Assembly (NCBI RefSeq): GCF_006345805.1
Contig: NC_042999.1
Location: forward strand, 108,190,001 to 108,254,000
Source of the DNA: Octopus sinensis
Lineage: Eukaryota
DNA: 64,000 nt
Direction of reading: 5' to 3'
In this document: in pieces, positions 37,411 through 51,006 of the stretch
How the letters are laid out: each line of letters starts with the position of its first letter
Numbering within the stretch: the stretch's first letter is position 1
Position numbers and translations under genes: made by a program
The notes under the pieces: generated by a model
Database searches by the model: none
The model's input: only the letters and a program-made list of their open reading frames with translations
What the model was told of the DNA's origin: nothing

Positions 37411-39344
37411 GTAACTAGCATCTGTATTACTGAGTCGTACTAATCTTGTAATAAGTTACCTATATGGCATGGATATGTCTGCTTGAGTAAGCTGATGAGA
37501 GCTCTCAACAGCAACAGAAAATAGTACTTCCTTGTAAAACTGTTCCAGCAATTTGGGTACTGGCACAGCTCTGTGATTAAGAAGTATGTCTCACAAACAT
37601 ATGATTCTAGGTTTAATCTCACTCTGTCTTACTTAAGGATCTTCTATCACAGCCTCTTGTTGATTAATACTTTGTGAATGGAATTTCTTTGCCGTAAACT
37701 ATGTGGGAACTTGTTATGTATATAAACATCTGTTTTACCATGCTGGGTTTGATGACTATTATTGAGATATTGTTTTACAGCCAGATGTTGTTCTTTGTAG
37801 CTAGTCCTTACCTATTTTTTTTCAAATAAAGGATCTACATATTCCACGTGACTTTGAAAGCATAAAGCAAGCAGGTAATTTGATAGAACTGAGAGCAAAA
37901 CTGCCTGAACACAGAAGTGTAAGCAAAAGATCAGTCACATATGCATGTTCATATATACATATAGATACATGCATACATGCATATTTTTTTGTATGTGTGT
38001 GTGTTTGTGTGTGAATGATATAAATGTAAATAAAATCCCAGTCTCTTTGAACAAAGTCCTTTACACTGAGTTATAGGTATACACTTGTCACTCTGAGAAA
38101 TACATTAAAGCAGTGACTGATTGGTGCATTGGAAACCCGTAACCAACAGTACTATTATTCACATATTGCAGTATAAATATATATCACAAACCATGGCATA
38201 CAGTTCCTTTAATTTATACCACGACTACTGAAGTTTATATTGTCAATGACATAACGATTTTAGAACAGAAAATATTAAGGTATTTGATCTTTTAAATCAG
38301 GCAGGAAATAAGATGTGGCATTTTTTGTGGATATCTCCTGTGGTGATCTAATGTAACCAAACATAAAAATGCTAAGCCACTTTTAGATCGATTTTGTTGG
38401 AGTTATAAGGTAGTTCTTTGAAAATGGAATATTAACGAATAAAAATATGTGTATATAATGAGACAAGCATGTAGCTATTATAAAAATTTTCCTGTGTCAG
38501 CAGTCAGAATAGATACATGAAAAATGACTTTAGTAATGTCAAACTGCTAACTATGCAAATGAAGGTGAACATGCTGGAGTTTGCATTCATGACAATAAAC
38601 AATGGGAAATTACCTTTCTCTTTTACTGATGTAACAGAAAGGAGAGAAAAGAAAAGGACAAAACAAAAAAAGTTAAAAAAACAAAACAAGATTAATTCCT
38701 GTTGTCAAACACATGCTAATGCCTTTATTTAGTAGGATTTTCTTTTTACAATGCTACACTGTTTTTTTTTTGTTTTTTGTTTTTTTGGTATAGCAAAGGT
38801 TGGTAAACTCAGATCAATATATTAATGATATTATAAGCCAATGGGGACTCTACTTTGTTATTTGATCTGCTAGAAATAGCATCCAAATCTTTCACACCTT
38901 ACCCTCTTTTTTTTTAAAAAAAATAAAGGTAATTTTGAATAATGTAGTCTGAGATAATTTATATCTGAAATGTTACATAATGGTCACATGCAGAATGCAT
39001 TTGATCATAGGTCTGCTTGATCAGTGACATCATATGCCTCATAGATGTTTGGTAATATAATCCAGTGACCTGCAACCAATCTTTCTGATAAGCAATTGAA
39101 TTCACATTTAAAACAATAGATGACATTTGTAGTACAGTGGAAGTGGTCAATGATAAGGAAGGGATGCTCTATGAGTTTTACCTGAAGAGCACAGAAACAT
39201 GAAAATTAAATCATAAAAAAGAAGTCTCCCTCTCTCCTTCTATATGTTTGTATGTATCCATATATGAACCTTACAAGGTACATATGTATTGTACATATGT
39301 GTTTTAGAATATATATTAATACATATGTATCAAATAGCTATCAT

Positions 39345-39740
39345 TTATTTGTTTCATTCTATTAGACTGAGGCCATGCTGGGGCACTGCCTTGAATTTGT
39401 TGTCAAAAGAATTGACCCTAGTACATTTTTTAAAGCCTGATACGTATTCTATCAATCTCTTGCTGAACTGCTAAGTTACAGGGACATAAACACATGACCA
39501 CCAGTTCTCAAGTGGTGATGGGACACAGACACAAAGACACATACATACATACATACATACACACATGCACGCACGCACACACATATGTGCAACAGGCTTC
39601 TTTCAGTTTTCACCTACCAAATTCACTCACTAGCTTTTGGTTGGCCTGAGGCTATAGTAGAAAACACTTGCCCAATGTACCATGCTGTGAGACTAAACCC
39701 GGAACTGTTGTGGTTGGGAAGCAAGCTTCTTATCACATGG
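39345..39740 (-). mobile_element. Family-B SINE
   Basis: Reverse complement of the 18389 architecture with an internal (CATA)n/(CA)n. Confidence 0.85.
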
Positions 39741-39764
39741 CTGCAGCATGAGCTTAACCATATA

Positions 39765-39983
39765 GCAGAAACGTTAGCACACCGGGCGAAATGCTTAGCG
39801 GTATTTCGTCTGCCGTTACGTTCTGAGTTCAAATTCCGCCGAGGTCGACTTTGCCTTTCATCCTTTCGGGGTCGATAAATTAAGTACCAGTTACACACAG
39901 GGGGCGATGTAATTGACTTAATCCGTTTGTCTGTCCTTGTTTGTCCCTTCTATGTTTAGCCCCTTGTGGGTAGTAAAGAAACA
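39765..39983 (+). mobile_element. Young 5'-truncated family-A SINE with 8-bp TSD
   Basis: catatagc at 39759-39766 and 39984-39991; CpG-rich (ccgggcgaaatgcttagcgg..ccgccgaggtcgac). Confidence 0.9.
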
Positions 39984-40978
39984 CATATAGCCATGCCTAC
40001 ACCTATAATATGTTAGATATTTTCTGAATATCAAATATTATCTTCTGTCAGCTAACTGTTATAAGTTCCTGAATGTTTGTTTCTCAGAACAACGAACCAA
40101 ATAGTTTAAATGTTTAGAAGCTGAATTTGATCGAAAACATAACATAGTAAAATATTTGCAGACTGATATATCGACTCATTTGTCATGTATCTGTTGAGCA
40201 AAACTATATATACATTTTACAAACTGAATTATTTCAGCTGTCTTTTTCACTTACAACTTCAATCATTGCACAGGACTGTTCCTCATATTGACATCAATAT
40301 ATAAGAAGAGATGTTATTTTAAATTCTATAGTCGTTTAATACTTGTTTACAATAAATAAACTCCTGATCTTCCTGAAATAGTCTAATTTAGGATATTTTT
40401 GTTACGGAAGACATATTTAAATATACTGAACTTAACTTCAGTTGGTATCTTAGCAGTCAATCTAGTTTACATTGACTCATGCATCTTCTTATCATTGATT
40501 TTATATCTCTTTATACTCCATGTAACCATTCTCTTATCAAACAGGGTTTTCTTTCTTGCCATCTGCATCCACATGTGATGTATATACACTTTTAATTTTC
40601 TACTTTGTTTGAATTTTACTTAAATGTTGTTTAAGGTACAGGCTTGAGTGTCTGGTCAAAAAGTTTGCTTCCCAGTCACTTGAGAATTGAAAAAAAAGCC
40701 TGTCACATGTATGTGTATTATGTGTGTGTGTGTGTGTGTGTGTGTGTTCACATGTGTCTTCTTGTATTCACATAACACAATAAATAAGTTGTAAATGGAA
40801 TCCCTTATTTCCAGTCTTCTGTGAAAACATGTCCCACCATGGGAAAATATTACCTTAGAAACATGAAAAAGAATTACATCTAGCTTTAGTATTATTTATA
40901 TAGCTATTTATTGAATTATATCACAGGTTATCGGCGTGTCATAAGAAAATTTCTAGTTTTTGTATCTTAGCATACATT

Positions 40979-41313
40979 GAGACCCCCTTCGGTCATGACT
41001 GACCATGGGATTGCACCTAGAAAGTTACCCTCCCAGGCACAAGTCCGGGCAAGATTGTTTTATGGAAGACTAGTAGTCACCCATGCATAGTGGCCTCTCC
41101 TCTCCACGCCACCAGTGTTATCCAAGGGAAAGGCAACAGCCGATACAGCTTGGCACCTGTGACGTCGCAACTCATTTCTACACCTGAGTGAACTGGAGCA
41201 ATGTGAAATAGTGTCTTACTCAAGAACACAATACACAGCCCGGTTTAGGATTCGAAATCACAACCCCATGGTCGTAAGCTCAATGCTTTAACCATTGAGC
41301 CATGCCCCTTCAC
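40979..41313 (-). mobile_element. Family-D variant tRNA SINE with a different 3' half
   Basis: Minus strand tggctcaatggtta...tttcgaatcc...ttgtgttcttgagtaagacact...ctccagttcactcag, then a distinct tail ending atgaccgaagggggtctc. Confidence 0.85.
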
Positions 41314-41682
41314 TAGCATACATTAAAATGCTCATAAAATATTACAACAGTGACTATTGAAATTTGTTTGTTCATTCATTATTACATCCACTTTTTCCAT
41401 GCTAACACGGTTTAAGAAGAATATATATTATTGAGGCATTGTTTTACAGCTGGATACCCTTCCTGTCACTTACCCTTATCTGTTTTATATGAAAGGAAGT
41501 TTACATTCCACTCATCTTAGAAAGTGCAGAGGTACCAGGCAATCTGTTGACTAGAAAATGTTAACATGCTCAGTGCAATACAGGAAGCAAACATTCACAC
41601 ACACATATTTGGCACTTTGTTTGTTACGGCAATGAGTGTTCCACTTGATTTGCTCAATAGAACAGCCTGCTCATGAAATTAA

Positions 41683-41860
41683 CTCTGTTCTTTATTCAAA
41701 CTGGCCAAGCCCAGCCTCACACACCTACTCTACATTATCATTCCAAAAATAAACAATCCTATCATTGGAATCTCAAAACAATGAGATAATTCATGATTAA
41801 TTCAAAACAATGTGGATAAATGAGCATTACATTTGACAGAGTAATCTGAATGCTAAAGGA
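41683..41860. mobile_element. Decayed piggyBac-like MITE at a TTAA inside a family-D-type SINE (host continues 41865-42095)
   Basis: Left ttaa|ctct..ttattcaaactggcc; right gaatgctaaagga|tcaa (degenerate TTAA-CCCTTT-type ends). Host sequence gcctgctcatgaaattaa..tgtgctactggctgagtactccac is split here. Confidence 0.5.
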
Positions 41861-44177
41861 TCAATGTGCTACTGGCTGAGTACTCCACACACCTGTGTGG
41901 CCTTAAGGTAGTTTTCATTGAGATTCAGCATGACACAGGGTGTGGCAAGACTGGCCCTTTGAATTACTGGTACAATTCATTTTTGCCAGCTGAAGGGACT
42001 GGAGCTAAGTGAAATAGCTTTGTTGTATGACACAACACACCACCAGGATCTCACAACCTTATGATCATGAGCCAAATGCTCTAACCACTAACCATGAACA
42101 CACACACACACACACACACATGTATGCGTGATGAGCTTTGTACAATTTCTGTCTGCCAAAGGTATTGGTCAGCATGAAATTACAGTAGAAGAAACTTTGC
42201 TAAGTAGTGGGATTGAACCCAAAACCACGGTGGTGAAGTAGACTTCCTCATCACACACATAATGTGCAGCAATACCTGCACATAAAGGATTTTAATTATA
42301 AGGGAATTTAATTGGATAGATAAAAATGAGCTACATTTACAAGAGTAAATGCATTTGATCAATAATCAGTCTTGATATCACTTTAGAGTGAATTTTCTAA
42401 TTAATATTGTAGAAATAATTTTTCATTCTACAGATATGTAAGCATTTAACTATATTCATCATGTCTATGGAAATATTAAAAAGAATTAATTCTGATGTGA
42501 TTTTAGCTCTTGACCAATAGCCTAACATATTAAACATGCAGCTATTAAATATAAAGCCTTAACAGAGTGTAATTTTGATCGGGAAATGTCTGTGTTTAAG
42601 ACTCAATATGCTTCTGTTGTTCCATTCTTTAATCAGAAACCTAGAAACAAGATGTCACTGTGAAAATAAACTGGTTAATTAATTGATTGGTCATTAAAAT
42701 TTGCAAAAAAAGTTGAGCATTGCACAAAATATCTTGTGGTATTTGGTTATATTCCTCTACATTCTAAGTTTAATTCCACAGTTTGTCTGGTATATTAATC
42801 TGAGATAGACATCAATAAAATAAGTAACAGTCCCAATATAATCAACTAAAACCTTTGAAAGCAGTGCCCTAGCATGGCCACAATTCAATGACTATACAAG
42901 AATAGAAGCTTATAGTTTTATTTTTATTTTTATTTCTTCCTCTTTTTTTTTTGCACAGTAGAATATATTCTGTTTTCCCTTGTATTATGCTAAATTGTAT
43001 TTGCATCTCTTTTATGTATACATTTTTTTTCCTTTATAGCCCAGAGAAGCATATCAATGAGTAATAGATTTATATCAGAAAATTAATGCACTATAGGAGA
43101 TATGCCCAGACAAAGAATATTTAAAATGAATTTAAACTAAATGATCAAAGAACTAATACCTAAAGGACTTTTCAATTAAATGCACAACTATTATGAATCA
43201 AATCTGAGATAGCAGTATTGAGAAACATTATTTAAAATTCACATACAAGATTTTGCTTACGCCAAAGAATGTATAAACTACATTGTTAAAAGCTTTTAGC
43301 CCATCAAACAAATCATATTTGTAACACACCCCTCATTAGATGACTGCTAAAATTTGTCATTATGGTAACAAAAGTGAAAACTGCTTAATTTTCTCAATTC
43401 AAATTGTAATTGATAGCCTTTTGTAAAAATCTAAATTATATAAGCATACCTAAATTTTTATATATTTCCTTAATATATAAAACTAAAGAAATTGATTTAA
43501 TTTAACTTCTTTGAAGAGAAAATGTTATTAAAGATTGCAATAACTTTTCTCACTTTTGTGCTTAAAGTGACCAGCAACTTTTATATTTTAGTTTTTGATT
43601 ATATGAAGTAGATTAGTCTTATTTCATTGATATCATTTGAAATTGCTTTATGGTAAATGACTTAAAATTTATATTGGTAATAAAGATTTTTAAGCATAAA
43701 ATACAAAAGTGAATACGGACATACTATTTCAAAAATCATTTCTTTTAGAATATATACACTCCACAAATGCTACGAAATAGCATTGTATGTAATTGTTAAT
43801 GTGATTGTCTCTGTACAAGGTTTCCAAATTTATTCCAAGCACTAATTTTTACTTGAACCTATTGATCTGCTAGAAATGTCATCTAAATCTTGTTGAAACA
43901 ATGCCTAACCATCTTAGATAAGGAATACAGTGGATAATGTAGTACAGGTTGCATTGTGATTTTTAAAAGAATCGAAGGAGTATAATTAGAATGCCTTTGG
44001 TCATTTGGCCTGTTATCTCAGGTCAAAATTAGAGCAAAATAATGATAGCTCTCTGTTAATTCACAACAATATGTCAAATATACACATGACTGATTAATAG
44101 CCTCAATAAGTCAACAAAGCTTCCTTAATGTCCCTTCTATGACTATTAATTCTATCTTCAAATATTGTAATTTCTCA

Positions 44178-44555
44178 TAGGTGCAAGTATGACTGTGTAG
44201 TTAAAAAGCCACCTTGTGGTTTTGCATTCAGTCCTACTGAACAGCTCTATTGGCAAGTGTCTTCTACTTTATATCTCCAAGGTGATCAATATCTTGTGGG
44301 TGAAATTGATTAGAAACTGTGTAGAAGCCTGTTGTATGCATGTATTCTTTTATTCGTTTCAGTCATTTGACTGCGGCCATGCTGGATCACCACCTTTAGT
44401 CAAGCAAATCGACCCCAGGACTTATTCTTTGTAAGCCTAGTACTTATTCTATCGGTTTCTTTTGCCGAACCACTAAGTGGCGGGGATGTAAACACACCAG
44501 CATCAGTTGTCAAGCGATGTTGGGGGGACAAACACAGACACACAAACATATACAT

Positions 44556-44623
<68 letters not shown>

Positions 44624-44970
44624 GCACGCACGCGATGGGCTTCTTTCAGTTTCCATCTGCCAAATCCACTCACAAGGCTTTGGTCGGTCCGAGGCTATAG
44701 TAGAAGACACTTGCCCAAGGTGTCACACAGTGGGATTGAACCCAGAACCATGTGGTTGGTAAGCAAGCTACTTACCACACAGCCACTCCTGTGCCTGTAT
44801 ATATATGTTTTTCATTTATGTTGCCATAACTTAGCAATTCAGCAAAAGAGGCTGATAGAATAAGTACCAAACTTAATAAAAGAATATTGAGGTTGATTTG
44901 TTTGACTAAACCCTTTAAGGTAGGGCATCAACAAGGTTGCAATCCAATGAGCAAACAAAGTGAAAAGCTA
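44178..44970. mobile_element. Young minus-strand family-B SINE (44345-44796) nested in an older plus-strand family-B SINE
   Basis: Old head 44178-44335 and old 3' module 44820-44970 flank a complete opposite-orientation copy. Confidence 0.82.
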
Positions 44971-45554
44971 AAGGAAAATTTTATTTATATAAATCAACTT
45001 CATATACTTTATATGTAAGCCAATGTGTGTGAGAGAGGGAGAGAGAGTAAGCTCTATTGGATATTATGCTCCGAGATGTACTATCTAAATGACAATGAAT
45101 ATCTCAGCTTTTGCAACAAGTATTCTTTTGACCATAGGTCTGCTTCATTAGAGTCGGCCTATAGCTAAATTGTTCCAAAAATATGAAAATGTACAAATTT
45201 GCAGAAGTTACTGTTATTCCCATTCTACTTTTGGAAAACAGATATAAGATATGAGAAATATAATTTGAACTAAAATCCTACAGCTGTATAAGGAATTAGA
45301 AGATTCACAATATATTGAATGGTTTTGTACTCTTAATATTTGGTTTGTTATTTAGCAACTAATTCTTTTATGAATTTCTTTGAAATTTTGCTTTCAATAA
45401 AAATACTTCAATTTAATCTTATTCATCTTCCCTAATTAGTTGTTTGTGAATAGTAACTAAATTGTGTTGTTATTGTAGCAAACACTAAATTAAAAAGGTT
45501 ATTGTTCTACTTTGTTTAACACAATTTTATTGCTATTGTTTACTGTAATAACTC

Positions 45555-45559
45555 TGGTG

Positions 45560-45601
<42 letters not shown>

Positions 45602-45853
45602 ATAGTAGTGATAATGTTGACTGCAGTAAATTGATGCCACGTTACAAGATGAATCAAAGAAAATATAATTTAAGAAGATTTATGTACAAAATATAAATTC
45701 AAGAGGTGTAAATATATAAAGAGATGGTCCCTTGACACCAAGTAGAGACTAGACTAAAACTTGAGGCAATATTATTCTGTCTGAGAAATAATAATAATAA
45801 TAATAGATATAATAATAATAATAATAACAACAACAAAAATAATAACAATAATA
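45555..45853. repeat. (GGT)n(AGT)n and (AAT)n/(AAC)n trinucleotide tracts
   Basis: Directly visible. Confidence 0.9.
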
Positions 45854-46222
45854 GAAAACTGGAAGTTAAGTGAATTAAAAGCTTAGGCAGAAAAAAAAAA
45901 GGAAACTACAAGGATGTGAAGCCATCATTCTCAAGCTGATTCTCATAGAAGGTACCTACTGCTGACACAAAGTGAGTAGTCAAATATAAATTAAATCTGT
46001 TGCAAAACAACAACTGTGGAACTATAAAAATACTTTGTAGCAAACGAAAAGAAACTAATTAATGCAATAAGGGACCATCAAAAAACAACTTTTCTCTCCA
46101 TCAGGAAATATGCACAAACTGGGTGCTAACTACACTGAAGAAAAATATTTAGATAAAAACAAAACAAAAGAAAATGTAAAATATAAAAAAGGAACAGCAC
46201 AAAGAAATGGAATTCCAAAATA

Positions 46223-47416
46223 TTGGGTCATCCCATAAATAATGCAGTTTTTTATACTTTAGTTTTCAAAATTAAGATAAACAAAATTTTTCTTTAATCT
46301 AAAATATACTCTCCTTCATTTTCTACAATGCTCTTCCATATATCTGGTAGACTTGCAAGGCCCCTCTTTCAAAATTCACTTGTCCGTGACAAAAAAATCC
46401 TCCAGTACTGTTCTGACCACATCTACAGAATTCCTATCTTTTCCATCCAAATGATTTTGAAGACGGTGGAACAAATGATAATCAGATAAGGCAATGTCCA
46501 GCAAATATGGTTGATGGGACATCATTTCCTATTGAAACTGCTCCAGCCGTTGGAATGTCATTCTCACTGTATGTGGCTGAGCATTATCCTGATGGAAGAA
46601 CATCTTTCGTCATAAGCCACTCAAGTTGCTCACACTAGATCTCCTTTGGTATTGTTTGGTTTGAATTTAAAAGTTCAAAGTGGACTAAACCTTTCATATC
46701 CCACCAAACAAATAACAACACTTTACATGGGTGAAGACCTTCTTTAGCTTGGGGTGCAGGTGTTTCTCCTTTCCCTACCCACTGTCTTTGGTGCTTGACA
46801 TTTTTATAGAGAACCCATTTCTCATTACCATTCACTATTCGGTCGGAAAAAGATTAATTCGAGAGATGTGACAGCAAAGAAGAGCACACATTCACTCTCT
46901 GCATACAATTAGACTCAGAAAGTTTGTGAGGGACTCATTGATCCAATTTGCTGACTTTTTCAATGGCATGCAGGTGTCGATGAATAGTTGAATGACCAAA
47001 TCCAAACTTCTCTGCTAGTTCCTCAACAGTTATGATGGAATTACTAGGGTTTGCAGGACGTCCTTGTTGAGCTCTACAGATCTTTCAGGACAAGGCTCAT
47101 CTTCTAGACTGTAGTTTCTGGCTTGGAACTTCTGGAACCACCATTGACACTGGTTTAAACTTATTGTCTGAGCTCCATATACAGCATTAATATTCCTCAC
47201 ACTTTCCATTGCATTGTTTCCTTTATTGAACTCATAAAGCAAAATATGCCTGATATGCTCCTTTATCACTTCCATTATAGCTTTCAAAAAATAACTGTTA
47301 AAATTGAACTGCACTACTTTTATAGCAAGTTGATGTAGATAGTTTATCTTGTCATTCCTCCAACTTTTAGTTCATGCAATTGAAAAACAAAACACTTTAT
47401 TTGTGGGATGACCCAA
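46223..47416 (-). mobile_element. Full-length defective mariner (DD34D-type, Hsmar1/Mos1-like) with both TIRs and TA TSD
   Basis: TA|ttgggtcatcccataaataa ... ttatttgtgggatgacccaa|TA. HTH KEHIRHILLYEFNKG; NGNEKWVLY (TGDEKW); LHPCKVLLFVWWD; HQDNAQPH; DIALSDYHLF. Several frameshifts and stops. Confidence 0.96.
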
Positions 47417-48015
47417 TATATTAGAGAAAATCCACTCTATGGCTATTACCCAGTGAAACTTTGCAAAGTAAGACAAAGCTGAAAGCAACAATAACTCAAA
47501 AGCTTTGGATTAAAAGCAGAAACAAGTCTGATTTCAACTATTCAGGACCATTGTATAGCTATAAAAATAAAACATTTAAGTAATGTAAACATCATGTGCA
47601 GACTATGCAACCAGTAAAACAAGATGGTTGGCTTCATCATTTTCAGCTGTCCCGTGCTTGCCTATTCCAAATATACTCACAAACAATTTATAATCATCAG
47701 TTATGTTCACTGGGTGATAACCAATACTTAAGAAAATGCATAAGAAGTAATATAAACATGTATCAAACACAGACATGATGACTTGGCCACAATTATCTAG
47801 GACATGCTTATCCAGACTTTACAGAAATGAAGACAAACCATCCAGATATAATAATAAAGGACTGGAATGAAAATTTCTGCATTTTGATTAGACAACTTGA
47901 AATTTTTTTCTAACCAAAATACTGCATGACTGAGGTGGAAAAACTGTCACAGTACAAGGATCTTGAAACTGAAACAGGCAAGTTGTTGAGTATGAAGATA
48001 AAAATATTGCAAACA

Positions 48016-48232
48016 ATACCTGACCTGACCAACAAAAGTCAGGTCAGGTATGGAGACATGCACTATTACAGCACATTCTGCATCCACCATTTGTCTGTAT
48101 TTTCTCAGGTCATCCTAGGAAACACTCTGAGCAGTGTCCAGTCAGTCTTCATCTCTGTGGGATACTTCCTCATCTGCCATGTCCATATGACATGTGGCCA
48201 ATCGACACAAGTCATAACCCCAGCCAGATCCT
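48016..48232 (-). mobile_element. Short RTE-like 3' fragment with (CCTGA)n tail inserted in the RLE element
   Basis: Separates QTIP from IGALG of the host; minus strand ends catacctgacctgac. Confidence 0.5.
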
Positions 48233-48705
48233 CAATTGGAGCATTAGGTATAATAAAAAAATTATGAGCAAAAGCAAACTTAGCTCAAGTAGTTCACACT
48301 CTGCACACAGCGCATGCCTATAAAATAACTACCCAATTAAATAGTACTAACTCTGGAATCTCCTCCAAACGAGGAATTTTTTACATAATAAAGTACCACA
48401 ACACATGCCTTTACATAATTGACACCTGACACTATCATGCCGACAGCTCACATTCTACACAGTTGTAGCCTTGTTAATATAACACAAACCATGTAGCACA
48501 TGCTCTACGCAATTGTCACTCAACATTAAAACACATATCACCATATGAAACATGCTGAAATAACACCTGAAGCAACAAGACAAAGCTTACAACAATGCAA
48601 AACTTGTATAGTATACAATCTTCAATAAAAGATGAACATTCATCTGGGGGTGCAACAAGACCTTATATAAAATTATTGTAAACAGTAGTGGGGATAAGGA
48701 TAATA

Positions 48706-48913
48706 ATCCTCTCTGCTATAGGCACAAGGCCTGAAATTTTGGAGGAGGGGCTAGTCAATTACCTTGACCCCAGTGCTCAATTGGTACTTATTTAACCAAC
48801 ACCAAAAGGATGAAAGGCAAAGTTGACTTGGGTGGCATTTGAACTCACAACGTAATGTCAGAAGAAATTCCACTAAGCATTTTTGTCAGAAGCAGTAACA
48901 AATCTTCCACCTT
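48706..48913 (-). mobile_element. Family-A SINE
   Basis: aaggatgaaaggcaaagttgacttgggtggcatttgaactc. Confidence 0.82.
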
Positions 48914-49449
48914 TATGATAATAGTTATGTAAGATGGTTATTATCCCACTTTTAACAATCTTCATCACAAATATTACTTTCTGTTTTCTTGGTTGTCTAT
49001 AGTAGTTTCATATAGTTACCAAAACAACTCTCTACACCTTCAATAATGCATATTAAGATAGAGGAATTTTTCAGATAGATATTGTCTATCTCTAATCGAA
49101 ATCAACTATTTGATCTGCAGCTTCATGGGAAAAAAAGAAAGGTAAAAAATGAAGTATCTCCTCATCAAAAGAAAAATATTTAACTTACAGAAAGCAGCAG
49201 TTTGTTCACTTATGATTTTTTTTCTAGTTTTGGCTTTGGTTATTTAAAGGTGATAAGGTATTCTCTTTTAACTGTTCTTCTTGTAAATATGATTTACTGT
49301 AATAGAACATCAACGTACTCATTATATTATGCTGTTTTAGAGTCTCTTTTGCAAAACTGGTGTGAGTTAATTTTCTATAAAGCAACATATCAACCATCAT
49401 TATCCTTATGAGTAGAAGAATATTTTTGTTTTTGACTTGTTTCCATATA

Positions 49450-50270
49450 GCCACACTATAATGCAGTAATCATCCTAGTCTTTCACCAGCTTTTCTGTAA
49501 GGCCTAACATCATGAAATCTGACCTCTCTAACATCTTTCCTATGTATTCTTCAGTTTTATATTTCTAAAAGCATCTTCCACTGATAGCATGCTGAACTTC
49601 TTCACCTGCCACTCATCTATTCTCAGTCACATGTCCATTCCTGACCAGTTGCCGTTTTAGACATGGTTAATGCCTAACTCTCTTACTCTTTGTATATTAT
49701 GAAGGTTACCATTACATATCCAACAGATTATGTTCCCCATGTTCAATATTCATGATTTCACACTATCATGCAATGTCTCACATGCTTCATAGAGCGTGCC
49801 TTTACTTTGAAGAATTAAATACCTTTGCTGTCAGCAGAGACAACAACTCCTTGTACTATTTCCACCATTTCTTTACTCTAACAACAACCAGACCCAGCAC
49901 TAAGTGGATGTAGTAAGAGAAACTACCAAACACATCTGCATTTCTCTTATGTGGGTGATACTATTGTACATCTGTTGAATGTTGTCACAGTTTTCTATCA
50001 AATAATCAAGCATCTAAATGTATTTTCGCATATTAGTTGCTTGTACTAAGGGAAAGCATTGAATTCTTACTCTCTTCCTAAATTTCAAGCTCTTCATTTC
50101 CCATGTGTCCTATGTATTTTCTGCTCCCTTTTAGTGAATAGCATAGTGACTTTAATCACTGTTGATTTTAGCACCTTTGAGTTCTTGATCATACTTTCAG
50201 GTTTGAGTCCATTCCATAATTGTTCAGTATATCCAGATCACCATTACATGATGCTTTGCAAAGATAACCA
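49450..50270 (-). pseudogene. Heavily decayed RTE LINE RT C-terminal region
   Basis: Minus strand degenerate YKELLSLLTAK and LRIDEWQVKKFSMLSVED. Confidence 0.6.
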
Positions 50271-50869
50271 ATCATGAACTCTTGTACATAACATACAGGA
50301 TCTATTGATCCAGCACATCTTCCACATGCAAACACTGCTGTTTCTGTTAACCTTCCTGTAATTCCACTGCACTACCTAAGTGTTAATAGCTTGCTTTGGG
50401 TACATTGTATGGAAATTCTGTCTACAACCTTCCTGTGTATCAAACAGGATCATTTACCTGATAGGAGTGGAATCTTTTTTGTTTCCTGTTTACTAGAACT
50501 TTAGGTTTTGCCTGTTAACTTTAAAGCTTTTTGATTACTTTTCTCATTCTACAACAGACTCCACTATGGGAACTCTCTCTCTTCTCCCTTGACCTCTCAT
50601 ACTCACCTTCTTGTACCTTGAGAGTTTGCTCATTACCTGCTTTTATCTCCTTCCCAATTATTCCCACCCACTCCTACTTAATTAGGATAGCCATATTTCT
50701 CCTCTGGTAAAACACCTGTAATAATTCCTCTGTCATATTTTAGCCTTTCAACATTTGGCATAAAACCACCTCCCATCTCATATACTTCTCCCTCCACTCA
50801 GTAGCAGAAGCTTTTTACTTTTTTTCCTGTTCTTTTTTCTGTCTTGCAAGTTACTCAGCAACCTCACTA

Positions 50870-51006
50870 GTGCAGGTAGCAGGAAAAAGTACTTAGAAAC
50901 TATGCCAAAGTTGACATTAGAATTCAGCACAACCCTGCAGCATGCTGGATCCTGTCAAACTATCCAGCCCACACCATGGAAAACGGACATTAAATGGTGA
51001 TGATGA
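50870..51006 (+). mobile_element. Family-C repeat fragment
   Basis: ccatggaaaacggacattaaatggtgatgatg. Confidence 0.7.

Larger units (their letters stand above)
45855..48270 (+). pseudogene. Decayed RLE-type (R4/Dong/NeSL-like) non-LTR retrotransposon 3' half, interrupted by mariner and an RTE fragment
   Basis: Degenerate motifs in order: ENPLYGYYP, GLKAET..IQDH, CRLC...FSCPVLA (CCHC region), NHPDIIIKD (PD motif), EKLSQYKDLETE, IGALGIIKK. The left boundary is uncertain. Confidence 0.82.

Noticed and set aside
39182-39205. ctgaagagcacagaaacatg hammerhead-like string (similar strings near 18909 and 33934 on the minus strand)
   Set aside because: No viable stem II, stem I or cleavage triplet; expected by chance.
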